DNA of 64,000 bases from Lama glama. Taxonomy: Eukaryota. The notes under the pieces were generated by a model, which did no database searches, had not been told where the DNA came from, and saw nothing but the letters and a program-made list of their open reading frames with translations. Of this stretch, positions 1 to 11,400 are shown one piece after another. Position numbers and translations under genes: made by a program. The DNA is taken from NCBI GenBank assembly GCA_028534125.1, contig CM052827.1, positions 34,410,001 to 34,474,000 of the forward strand, read 5' to 3'. The first letter of the stretch is position 1. Each line of letters opens with the position of its first letter.

Positions 1-164
1 GTATTTGATTATCATTATCATAGATAGGGTAATTTTAAAAACTCAAACTGATCTGACTTTGGAATCCTGGCACTTCTGCCTCATTGATTTTAAAATCAAT
101 TAAAGCAGGCCTGACCCAAAGAAGAGTTAGCAGGGTCCTAAAAGAGTACTTTATGTATGTCATT

Positions 165-285
165 CTGTATAATCCTCAGTACATGTCCCCTTTAAAGATC
201 AGGAAACTGAGAGTTGGGGGAAGAAAACAGTAACTTGTCTAAGTCATAGCTGATAAGTAGCAGAGGCAATTTTGAGTTCTGCCCC
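165..285. mobile_element. MIR SINE fragment (approximate limits)
   Basis: MIR-core-like text 'aggaaactgag...gtaacttgtctaagtcatagctgataagtagcagag'. Confidence 0.55.
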
Positions 286-871
286 TGAAGGCTGTGGCAG
301 GGACGATCTGGAGGAGGGGGCGTGAAGTTAGCAAGAAACTTGTTGATGGTAGGGAAGGTCCCAGGCTAGGCCTTGAAAGGCCTTGTCAGCCTTCATCCCT
401 CCCTGACCCCATGGGAAGGGCCTTATGGAACTCAGCCTGGGCTCTAGAGATGGTGATAAACATAGGATTTTCCAAGTAATTTCTGATGGCTTTTCTGGGA
501 CTGGTACTGACTGACTACACAGCAGGATGGCTTTTGGCTGAGCCCCAGCCATACATAACCAGCCTGGAGCTCATACATACTGAAGGCCACTTGACTTCTT
601 GAATAAAAACCAGGAAATGAACTTATTCATTACTAAGTTTTTATTTTGTTACGTAGTCTTTCAGAGCTTGGGCTCTGCGATGATAGAGTATAATTAAAGA
701 AATTGTGAATTGTGTAAAATTTGGAAACTACCCTTGGTTCCCTTCTTTACAGACAGGGAAACTAACACATGGACTCATTTCCCCAGGCAAGACCTTTTTC
801 AGGGTCCTTTCAGGGCCTCAGGGATATTCCTTGTGCTCTGAGGCTCTGACCCCACGTTTCCTGGTTTTCAG

Positions 872-2640
872 ATTGATGCGTCATGCCTTACGTGGGAAGG
901 ACAGCAATTCCAGGGGAAAGCTGCCATTGTGGAGAAATTGTCTGTAAGTAAGGGGCAGGGCTGGGCTGCTGGTAGCTCCTTCCCCACCTTGCTGGCCTCA
1001 GCCCACACCCACTCTTTCTCTTACAGAGCCTTCCGTTCCAGAAAATCCAGCACAGCATCACAGCGCAGGACCATCAGCCCACACCAGATAGCTGTATCAT
1101 CAGCATGGTTGTGGGCCAGCTCAAGGTAATAGTGCTGCTTGCCTATGATGTGACCTGCTTATCAAGGGACACCCAGGCAAAGTGATGCCTAGAGCTGCGT
1201 AGCTCAGTGCAATCAATAGCCATCAGCCACATGTGGTGATTTTTAAATTACATTAACTAAGAAGAAATAAAATTAAAATGTAGTTTCTCGGTTGCATTAG
1301 TCATATTTCAAGTGCTCATAGTCAATCACTTGTGGCTGCCTATTGGACAATGCAAACATAGAACATTTCTGTTATTGCAGCAAGTTTTCTTGGAGGGCAC
1401 TGGTTTAGAGCCTTTTGGAAAAGGGACAAGAGGTTTAGGAGCAGGATGGGGCTGTGAAGCCACAGGGCCTTTGTACTGCCCCACGGTGTATGTGGGCTTT
1501 CTGCAGGCAGCTGACCCTGAATGAGCCAGCTGGATGCTAAGTAGCAGTTCCCTACTGGACTCCATACCACCACTCCCTGAGCTGGCTGCTGGCTTCTCCA
1601 TCTGCTGAGCAAAGCAGATTCCTGGAACTCCTGCTTCTCTCTGCATTTTCTCTTCCCCTTCTCAAGACCTGTTCCCTTCAAAGCTTTCATCTGGTCCCTC
1701 AGCACCCCAGGAACTCCTACCTGTTAAGCTTTAGCTGACTGACCTCAGACTCTTGGTTTCTAAAAAGCCTCTCCTCCTTCTCAAAGCTGGACAAATGAGC
1801 TGCCCCTTAATCAGGTTCCAATCTCCTGGGCCTGTGTCATGCTGGGGCCCAGAATAATAGGCCCACATGCATTGTCCTTAGACTAGGCAGGGCTTCCTGA
1901 GTCCAATAGGAGGGTGGAGGGAGGTGGGGCTCCCTAGGCCTCTGCAGTAGTTTATCCAACTCTAAAGCCCCCAAAGGACTTATTTGCCTCCTTGCTGGTT
2001 ATAATTACTGGAAAGACCAGTGATGGTAGGAATAGTGCTGGTTAGTGGGCCCCTGCCTCAACTAGGCCTTACCCGAGTCTTCAGCAGTTTGACTGGAGAT
2101 CTCTTGCCTTTCTGTTTTCATTGCAAATGTTATATGTTACATGACAAGAAACAGACCACCTGATAGTGATGCTTCATTTTTCCCCCAGAGAGCTGTCATC
2201 ACAGTGTGAGCTTGGTTTTGAGCCTTTTCTCATGTACTTGGCCATAGTCAGTATAAGCAGTAGTTTCTCCTCCTTGGACTAACTGGCATAATCAGACACT
2301 AAGACTGTTTCGTTTTTAAATACTGTAAGTTACATGGAAACACTGTGGAACTCTCAAATTGATCACTTTGCCCAAAAACGTGGGCTCAGAGGCACATATG
2401 TTCTCCGCTCTGTTGTTGTAGCTAACTGGTGAGTTGTTTTGCAGTTTGTGTATATAGCAGTGTGAGCTGGCATCTATAGGCCTCTGTGGGCCCAGTTTAG
2501 TGTTTTATACATTATGTCCATTCATCACAAGTACCCCTTAGCTATCCTAGGATTTGAGTCCTGGGGTCTTATCTCCTGCTACTGAATTCCCTTCCTGTTC
2601 CTTGGCCACCTTACTGAACCATTTTCTCTCTTCTCACAGG
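872..2640 (+). CDS. NUTF2: Nuclear transport factor 2, partial: two internal coding exons plus the first base of the last exon (rest in N gap; 5' exons upstream of the window)
   Basis: AG/GT-bounded exons 872-943 ([24 protein letters not shown]) and 1027-1125 ([33 protein letters not shown]) match NTF2. Acceptor ttttctctcttctcacag|g at 2640 lies directly before the gap. Confidence 0.95.
1195..1402 (-). mobile_element. MER3-like non-autonomous hAT-Charlie DNA transposon
   Basis: 'agccacatgtgg...atttcaagtgctca...tattggaca...tagaacatttc' resembles reversed MER3. Degenerate 8-bp flanks gcctagag (1187-1194) and gtttagag (1403-1410). Confidence 0.7.
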
Positions 2641-3185
2641 NNNNNNNNNNNNNNNNNNNNNNNNNNNNNNNNNNNNNNNNNNNNNNNNNNNNNNNNNNNN
2701 NNNNNNNNNNNNNNNNNNNNNNNNNNNNNNNNNNNNNNNNNNNNNNNNNNNNNNNNNNNNNNNNNNNNNNNNNNNNNNNNNNNNNNNNNNNNNNNNNNNN
2801 NNNNNNNNNNNNNNNNNNNNNNNNNNNNNNNNNNNNNNNNNNNNNNNNNNNNNNNNNNNNNNNNNNNNTGGGCGCAGTGCGCTANNNNNNNNNNNNNNNN
2901 NNNNNNNNNNNNNNNNNNNNNNNNNNNNNNNNNNNNNNNNNNNNNNNNNNNNNNNNNNNNNNNNNNNNNNNNNNNNNNNNNNNNNNNNNNNNNNNNNNNN
3001 NNNNNNNNNNNNNNNNNNNNNNNNNNNNNNNNNNNNNNNNNNNNNNNNNNNNNNNNNNNNNNNNNNNNNNNNNNNNNNNNNNNNNNNNNNNNNNNNNNNN
3101 NNNNNNNNNNNNNNNNNNNNNNNNNNNNNNNNNNNNNNNNNNNNNNNNNNNNNNNNNNNNNNNNNNNNNNNNNNNNNNNNNNNNN
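2641..3185. other. Assembly gap (N run with a 16-nt island at 2869-2884) covering the NUTF2 last exon
   Basis: N runs 2641-2868 and 2885-3185. Confidence 0.98.
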
Positions 3186-4391
3186 GGGCATCAGTAACTA
3201 CACTGCCCCATTGGCTCTCTTATGTCTCACTCTCCCACTTCTACTCCAACTCAGCAATACCTGTTGCAAGGAGAAAATGCTGAAACAGTACTCTCAGCTA
3301 GCTTCTCTTGTAGGGCATAGTGTTCCCCTCTCCAGCCCACCTGGTATTGGGAAAGTGAGCTGCAGACAGGGAGAATTCAGGTCTAGCCTAAAGCTTCCCT
3401 TGCAATGAAGTCTCTACAGTCACTTCTGATACCTCCTGTTACCTCTCCACTGGGAAGAGTCAGGGCGCTAATGACATGTGAGATGCTCCATAATCCTATA
3501 GAAGATGGAGAAGCCTTGGCAAAAATGACCCATTAGGTTCATGCCTCCTAGACTGAGGGCTCAGCAAGACCTAGTATGAGCAGAGGTTTGAGGGAGAGGG
3601 GCCTCTTCTATCCACAGAAGGGTCAGGATCACATCCATTGTGTCCCACAAATGCCAAGCCAGCAGAGAGCAGCTCATTTCCTGTACCACCTGCAAAGGGG
3701 AGTGCCTCAAACAGCCAGCCTCCAGTGCCCACAGAGCCAAGCCCAGTTGGGTTGGAGTATAGATTTAGAAAGAAAGCAATCTGAGTTTGAGGGATTCAGG
3801 TTCTAGGATATCTTACCCCTGAGACCTCTGCAGGGCATCTCTAGAGCTCCTATTCCCTCCCTTGCCACACACACTCATACCTTCACACTGTCTTCAAATC
3901 CTGGGAAGTCTTAGGTGTTGGAGCAATTTCTCCTCAGTTTGGGGGACAGGCTTTGCCTAGTACAAATCTAGCCCTTTAGTTCTGAGGCCTTGGTAGTGTA
4001 AAACTGGTTGTAAAGTAGCATCCACGGGCTAGAACCAAACCCAGGACTTGGGCTGGTGCCCTGTTAAAGGTTTTAGGATTGGTGAGGACACCACAGCTTT
4101 GCCTGACCTTCTACACCCACTCCCCACCCTTCTCTCCTGCACTATGAACAGAAACCAAGGACTTCCTCAGACCGCCACAGGTTCCCTGGCTACACTGGGC
4201 ACAGGGCTGGATGATGTGCTGTTTGAAAGGACAGCATACTCAGGAGATTTCAGTGGGACTGATTTCTAGGCTGCAGTATTTTTGGAGGGGTGGAGGTTGG
4301 GGAGAGAGGTAGTTGTCTGCTGCCTCTTAAACCACCTTGTATAAAATCTGCAATGCAGCTTCTTCCATGTACCTGTGCCTGAAATGTCTGC

Positions 4392-4397
4392 AATAAA
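4392..4397 (+). terminator. Probable distal poly(A) signal of NUTF2
   Basis: AATAAA followed by a U/GU-rich tract (ctggtttctttctttctg). Confidence 0.55.
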
Positions 4398-4779
4398 GAG
4401 ATGTTTGTAAACTGGTTTCTTTCTTTCTGCCTGAGAGTGCCTGGTCGTGCAAGGGGGTGCTGGGGGACGTTGGGAAACAATGTATTTGTGGTGGGACCAC
4501 CTCCCCTGCCCTTGGATTTCTGGTCCCATGACTTTGCGGGTCCTCTTAAGCCTTGGATTACACCGACCCAATTCCCAAAGGGAAACCGAAGCTTCTGCCA
4601 ATTCAGCTTGTTTCTAGGGTATCTGAGGGATTCAGCCTGGGCAACCGAATTGACCCTGTCCTAGGCCCATCATGAGTCCATCCTCTGGGAATGGACATGA
4701 GTCCGGCGAGGTATCCTGACTTTGGGCGGTCCAGCAAGTGGACATTTGGTTTGCCTCAACTGGGGAACTTCCCCGACTC

Positions 4780-5400
4780 AGCCAACCCTGGAGAGGGACC
4801 GCGGTAGGGGCGGGCTCCATCAAGAGTGAAGCGTTCGCCCCCAGCCCGGAACCTTTCTTCTCCTCCCCGCGTAGGTTCCGGGAGCCGAGGCTCAGGCGGG
4901 CCGGAAGTGGAGGCGGTTGGTGGGGTTGGCGGGGCTCGGGGACGCGGCTCGGGCGGCGGTTTGCGAGCTTCGGGTGGACAGAGTGTAGTGACCGGCGTCC
5001 GGCTTTCAGGCCCTGCCGGGGCTGTGCGCGGCTGGACGGTGCGCGGCGGCAGTGAAACGAACGCGGCGCGAACAGGGCGCCCGCGGCTGGGCCCATGGCC
5101 TCCTCCTGCGCGAGCATCGACATCGAGGACGCCACGCAGCACCTGCGGGACATACTCAAGCTGGACCGGCCTGCGGGGGGTGAGCCAGGACAGTGGGAGT
5201 GGGTCCTTGGCGAACGAGCAGAAGGGTGGTTCGGGTTTGGACCACCCTCAAGGCTCTCGGGTCCCTCAGGACTGGTTCTGCATCATCCCGGCTGGCGAGG
5301 GCAGACAAGGGTCGGAGCGGCAAATCCCTGAGCTTGCTTCCCAAAGGGCTCAAACCCCTGGATGCGATTGTTCCCCATCCCGGGGTTGGGCCGTTCTGCC
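4780..5400 (+). promoter_or_regulatory. EDC4 CpG-island promoter and exon 1
   Basis: High CpG density; GC box (gggcggg) near 4808; ETS/GABPA motif CCGGAAGTG at 4901-4909. Confidence 0.8.
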
Positions 5401-8400
5401 TCGTCCTTCAGCATCTTGGCTGAAGGTGAGGCCCCTTCTCTGAATCCGCAGAGCCTCCCAGGTGTCCTGGCCCAAAGTCTCTAATGTTCCTAGGACTGGC
5501 CCAGGTTCCCCACCCTTTTGCCATAGTTGAGAGGCCCAGTCAGGGCTGTGTATGCCGTGTTCGGTGTCTAGACCTAGGCCTTTGCTGAGGAGCCGCAGAT
5601 CTCCCTTTGCAACTTGCCTTTCCTGCTTGAATACAGACTCCAGGCTTGCGATTCTGAAACCGATTTTCAGAAGGAAGGTGACCAACCCCAATTCCGTCTC
5701 CTCTCTGGGATTTAGGCAAATCACAGACTGCACAGTCCTGATTGGATTAGGCTGCAAACATCTGCAAGCCCTCATTTATTTCTATTCATTTAAACTTTAC
5801 TTGGGTTTGCAGTGGTACCTCAGAGCTGCTCCTGCCCTCAAGGAGCCCCCAGGACACAGAGAGCTAATGAGGTGTAATATAATGCTGTTGTCATTGAACA
5901 AGAGAAATTTTGGTACTGTAATGGGGATAGGGTAGGTGGGATAGGGGCTGGAGAGTGCCTGAGAACAGATCTAAGAGAAGAGACAATGTTTAGATTAGGT
6001 CTTGTAACATGAACAGGGTTTTGGGTGTCAGAAAAGACATTCTACAACAAAGAAATAGCACTTGTGAAGGTACCAAAGTTTCCTGGTAGGTACAAGGACC
6101 TGTGAAAACTTGTAATGATTGAGAGACTGGCTGGTGATGGTGGTGTAGGTGTGCAGAAACCAGAGTGTTTCTTCAGACCCTGTTCTTAAACCTTCTGGAA
6201 GGCCCAAACTGGTTCCTTTTGGAAGCAGGCACTGCTGCCCACTCTAAGGTTTAGCTACACTCTAGTCCCTGAGAAAATCCATCTGCTGCCTGAAACCACT
6301 GAGCCGTTTTCCCTAGGCCTGGACTGTGTGCTCCTTTTACTCATGAGCTTGGCTTGGACCTCTTATACTCATTAGCTGCTGTGCATACTAACCTTGGGTA
6401 GCTTATTTGTTTGTCCTCATAGTAGCCTGCTTGGGAGGGAGAGTGGTCAGCTTACCCCTGAGCAGCTAAGGAGATCTGTTACAAGTGAAGTGGCCTTTTG
6501 TCTTTCCTCTTAACTCCTTGTTTATTGATTGGTGCTTGATTCCCCTGTTTGCCAAGTAGCCCTTACTGGTCTCCTCTCACCAGAGGAGCATGTCAGACCC
6601 CAGACTGTTTTGTGACTCGAAACTCTGATGGTAAAGAACTGAAATGCTGTGTGTCCTGACTCCACACCCTACCCCATAATTTCTCTACACTTTATCCAAC
6701 TCCTTCATGTCCATTCCTCTTGCATTTACCTGCCCAGGGTGGCTGCTTCTGAGCCATTTCTGTGTGAGGCAGTCTTCTTCCTTTCTCTCTCTCTCGCTCT
6801 CTCTTTTTTTTTTTAATGGAGGTGCTGGTGATTGAACTCAGGAACTCATGCATGCTAAGCATATGCTCTACCAGTGAGCTAAACCCCCCCCCCATACTCC
6901 TATGTCTTTTCACACTCCTGTGTCTTACCATGTCTTTCTATGCCTTAGGAGCCTACCTTCTCTTCTCCAACCACTCCACTGCTTTGGGTCTAGGCTCTGG
7001 TGTCTCTTACCTGGATTCTTAACTATCCTGCATGCTACTTCTGAGCAGTCAACCCTCTGGCCATAGCAGACCATGTCACTTCCCCATTTAAAACTCTTGT
7101 GTGGCTCTCTACTACAGGGAAAACCTAAGCACTGCAGCCTCACACCTGAGATCTTTGCAGCCTTGTTTTCCCTCCATCCTTCCTATGTTTGTGTGTCCTA
7201 GCCACACTGGCTCTGATGGCACCTCCTCTGTGAAGTCTGACCACGCCCTCCTTCAAGTATGCAGAGTCCCCCTGTGCTAACCTGGGCCTGAATATTAATT
7301 AGCCTCAGAGGATCCTTGATGACATGTACCCCCACCCCCAGGTAGAGGAGCATCATGCTCATCCTTTGTTGGGTCCATCATCAGTTTTTATGAAATGAGA
7401 GTTGAACAAAGGGCCCTCTTCCCCACTGGCATGCCTCACTTAGAGTGCCTCATGTTTCTTGAATGAAGCTCTTCAGGAGGAGAGGCCAGTGGGCAGGTAG
7501 AACAACTTTATCAGAGTAGCGCTTTCTGTCCCCAGGCCCCAGTGCAGAGAGCCAGCGACCATCTAATGCCTACAATGGCGATCTCAATGGGCTCCTGGTC
7601 TCAGACCCCCTCTGCTCAGGTGATGGTACTTCAACAAACAAGCCTGGTCTCCGGGCCATGCCACCTATTAACCTGCAGGAAAAGCAAGTCATGTGAGTGT
7701 CTGGGAGAGAGCAGTGGTGGTGATGGGGTCTTTGAGGCATTTGCTAACTGAAGTCATAAGACTAGGGGAGAGGGTCCAGCAGCCTCTTCTGCTTCCCCAC
7801 TAGATGACCTGGGGTAGAGCATTTAATAACGCTGGGTTTGCACTAGGATGAGGGGCAAGGACAAGCTCAAGGGCTTAGCCTGGATCTGCAGTATGGGCTC
7901 CTGATTTAGCATGGAAGTAGGGCCATTCCCAAGGAGGGAGGTGAGCAAGGGGAACTGTGGGTTTGGGGACCAGTGGGCCAGGCAGAGCTGGGCATCTGGG
8001 ACTTGACACCTTCACCAGAGTGGCTGTATCCTCTCCCCCTCCTAACCCTGTGCATTGAGATTTTGGGTGAACAAGAGTCAAATTTGTGCACCCCTGCCCC
8101 AGATGCCTCTCAGGAGACGACAGCTCCACCTGCATCGGGATTTTGGCCAAGGAGGTGGAGATTGTGGCCAGCAGTGATTCTAGCATCTCAAGCAAGGCAC
8201 GGGGGAGCAACAAGGTGGGCACCAGGATGTCATGGCATGTATAATAGATGGGGGCACACTTGGGCTGTCCCTCCCGCACTCTATGCTGCCAGTTCCTATG
8301 GAGATTACCCTAACAGACCAGTAGTGTGCCCCAGTCTCAGGAAGCCAGGGTTGGCTGCCAAATCTCTGTGGGAATCTGGCCCCAAGATTTGTGAATGGGT

Positions 8401-11400
8401 GGCTGGGCTCACACATGTGGCGTCTACTGTCCCCAGGGATGCTGAGGACTACCTTAGCTCCAGGAATGCTGCCTCAGCCCCCAGCTTCTATGACCTTCTT
8501 CACCCTTGGTTCTCAGGTGAAAATCCAGCCCGTCGCCAAGTATGACTGGGAGCAGAAATACTACTATGGCAATCTGATTGCTGTGTCCAACTCCTTCTTG
8601 GCCTATGCCATTCGGGGTGAGTAGGAGCAGCGGGGAGGAGGTATTCTGCTAGAAGCCCCAGAGATGCAAATCCAGTGTCAGGCCATTCAGCTCACTCAGA
8701 CCTTAGTGGTGTAATGGAAGGCTTATCTGTGCTGTCCTCACCTCTGCCAGGCCTTCTGGAGCCAAGAGAGAAAACCAAGCTTAAGACTGGTAGTGGCAGA
8801 GAGACAGGCAAGGGCAGGGCTTCTCTGCTGCTGCCTGGGCCTGGATATTTATTCACGGTCTATGGCTCTCCTGATTCCAGCTGCCAACAACGGCTCAGCA
8901 ATGGTGCGGGTGATCAGTGTCAGCACTTCGGAGCGGACCCTGCTCAAAGGTTTCACAGGCAGTGTGGCTGATTTGGCCTTTGCACACGTCAATTCCCCAC
9001 AGCTGGCCTGTCTGGATGAGGCAGGCAACCTGTTCGTATGGCGCTTAGCTTTGGTTAATGGCAAAATTCAGTATCCTTTCCCAGGGTTGGGTGGGGGACT
9101 GAAGCAAGGTGGGCAGAACTCAATCTGCCAGACACACTTCATCATCAACCTGGCTAGCCCTTAACACCCTGTTCAGAGAAGAGATCTTAGTTCATATCCG
9201 ACAGCCAGAGGGCACGCCACTGAACCACTTTCGCAGGATCATCTGGTGCCCCTTCATCCCTGAAGAGAGTGAGGACTGCTGTGAGGAGGGCAGCCCAACG
9301 GTGGCCCTGTTACATGAGGACCGGGTGAGGGGGCTGGGCGTGGAGGAGAGGAAGGGATGGAACAGCCATGGTGTGGGCATGGGCTGAATACTCACCTCCT
9401 TGTACCTGCCAGGCTGAAGTATGGGACCTGGACATGCTCCGCTCCAGCCACAGCACCTGGCCTGTGGATGTCAGCCAAATCAAGCAGGGCTTCATCGTGG
9501 TAAAAGGCCACAGCACAGTAAGCCTGCAGCTGACTGCCTTTCTGCCCTCCTGTCCCAACCCCATTATGTCCCTCTTCTATTCCCTGTAGCCACAACTGCC
9601 TAGGCAGCTTTACTAGCACTCTGCCCTTGGGAACTCTGAGCACAAAGTGACCTTTTCTTATGGAGCTTGCACCTTACCTGGCTGCACCCCATGGGTCCAG
9701 GTCTTCTCTATAGCACTCCCACTCATTCAGTCTTTCACACAAACAGGCAGATCCACTATGGGTCAGCCTAGCTCACTACCATCCTCCCCTGAGAAAGGCT
9801 TGCTCCTACTTCTAGTCAGGTGGCAAAGCAAGCCTCTTTGGGTTCTTCCCAGTGCCTGAGTGAAGGGGCCCTCTCACCCGATGGGACTGTCCTGGCTACC
9901 GCAAGCCATGATGGCTTCGTTAAGTTTTGGCAGATCTACATTGAGGGGCAGGATGAGCCAAGGTAAGTCACGGCCTGAGGGACTGGGCCCCACCAGGTAG
10001 GGAATCAGATCACCCACTCAGGCCCCTCATATACCTGCCTACAGGTGTTTACACGAGTGGAAGCCTCATGATGGGCGGCCCCTCTCCTGCCTCCTGTTCT
10101 GTGACAACCACAAGAAACAGGACCCTGAGTGAGTGAGTGGGCAGGCAGGTGGATGGTGGGCTAGACCTTAAGCTCCCAGCAGGGGCCCAGCCAGCCACTC
10201 AGTGTCTTGTTGCTTTGCAGGGTCCCTTTCTGGAGGTTCCTCATTACTGGCGCTGACCAAAATCGGGAGCTGAAGATGTGGTGCACTGTGTCCTGGACCT
10301 GCCTGCAGACCATTCGGTAAGCAGGGGCTGGGGTCTGGGCAGGGGCAGGGTTGCAGATATGGGTTCTATCTACCCTCTCAGTCTCATTCCTTATGCCTTG
10401 TTGTCCGCCAGCTTCTCCCCAGATATCTTCAACTCAGTGAGTGTGCCTCCCAGCCTCAAGGTTTGCTTGGATCTCTCAGCAGAATACCTGATTCTCAGCG
10501 ATGTACAACGGAAGGTAGGTTGCACTCAGGGCACCCTGGGCAGAGCTGGTATTATCGGGGAGGGAAGGGTATGTGTGCCCCTGAGGTCAGCTGTGAATGC
10601 ACTGCCTATGCAGGTCCTCTACGTGATGGAACTGCTGCAGAATCAGGAGGAGGGCCGTGCCTGCTTCAGCTCCATCTCTGAGTTCCTGCTCACCCACCCT
10701 GTGCTGAGCTTCGGTATCCAGGTTGTAAGTCGCTGCCGGCTGAGGCACACTGAGGTGCTGCCTGCCGAGGAGGAGAATGACAGCCTAGGGGCTGGTGAGC
10801 TGCTCAGGATCAAGGATATGTGTTGGATATAGGGGAGTGCTGAGGCACAGAGCGCCAGGGCTTAGCTGTCCACACTGTCCTTGCAGATGGGACCCACGGA
10901 GCCGGTGCCATTGAGTCTGCAGCTGGTGTGCTCATCAAGCTCTTTTGTGTACACACTAAGTGAGTGTGTTGAGGAGGCCCACCTCTGCCCTGTCTGTGCC
11001 CTCCCCACCCTACTGACTCTACGACTCTTCTGTTCTCCCCTTGCTCTTCCTGCAGGGCATTGCAAGACGTGCAGATCCGCTTCCAGCCACAGCTGAACCC
11101 TGATGTGGTGGCCCCACTCCCCACACACCCTGCCCATGAGGACTTTGGTGAGTTGAAGGTGAGAGGGAAGCAAGTTCTCACCGGGGTCTGAGATCTGACT
11201 CAAGTGGCAGCTTTCCCCACAGCATTTGGAGAGTCTCAGCCTGAACTGGGCTCTGAGGGCCTAGGGTCGGCCACTCATGACTCCCAGCCTGACCTCCGAC
11301 GCATTGTGGAGCTACCTGCACCTGCTGACTTCCTCAGTCTGAGCAGTGAGACCAAACCCAAGCTGATGACACCTGACGCCTTCATGACGCCCAGCGCCTC

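Noticed and set aside
2554-3408. Long ORFs spanning N runs (also 55043-55606)
   Set aside because: Artefacts of translating assembly gaps.
4632-5443. Several overlapping 100-200 aa ORFs at the EDC4 CpG island (similar ones at 21461-21876 and 50751-51930)
   Set aside because: Stop-codon depletion in GC-rich promoter DNA, mostly non-ATG starts, and no recognisable domains.
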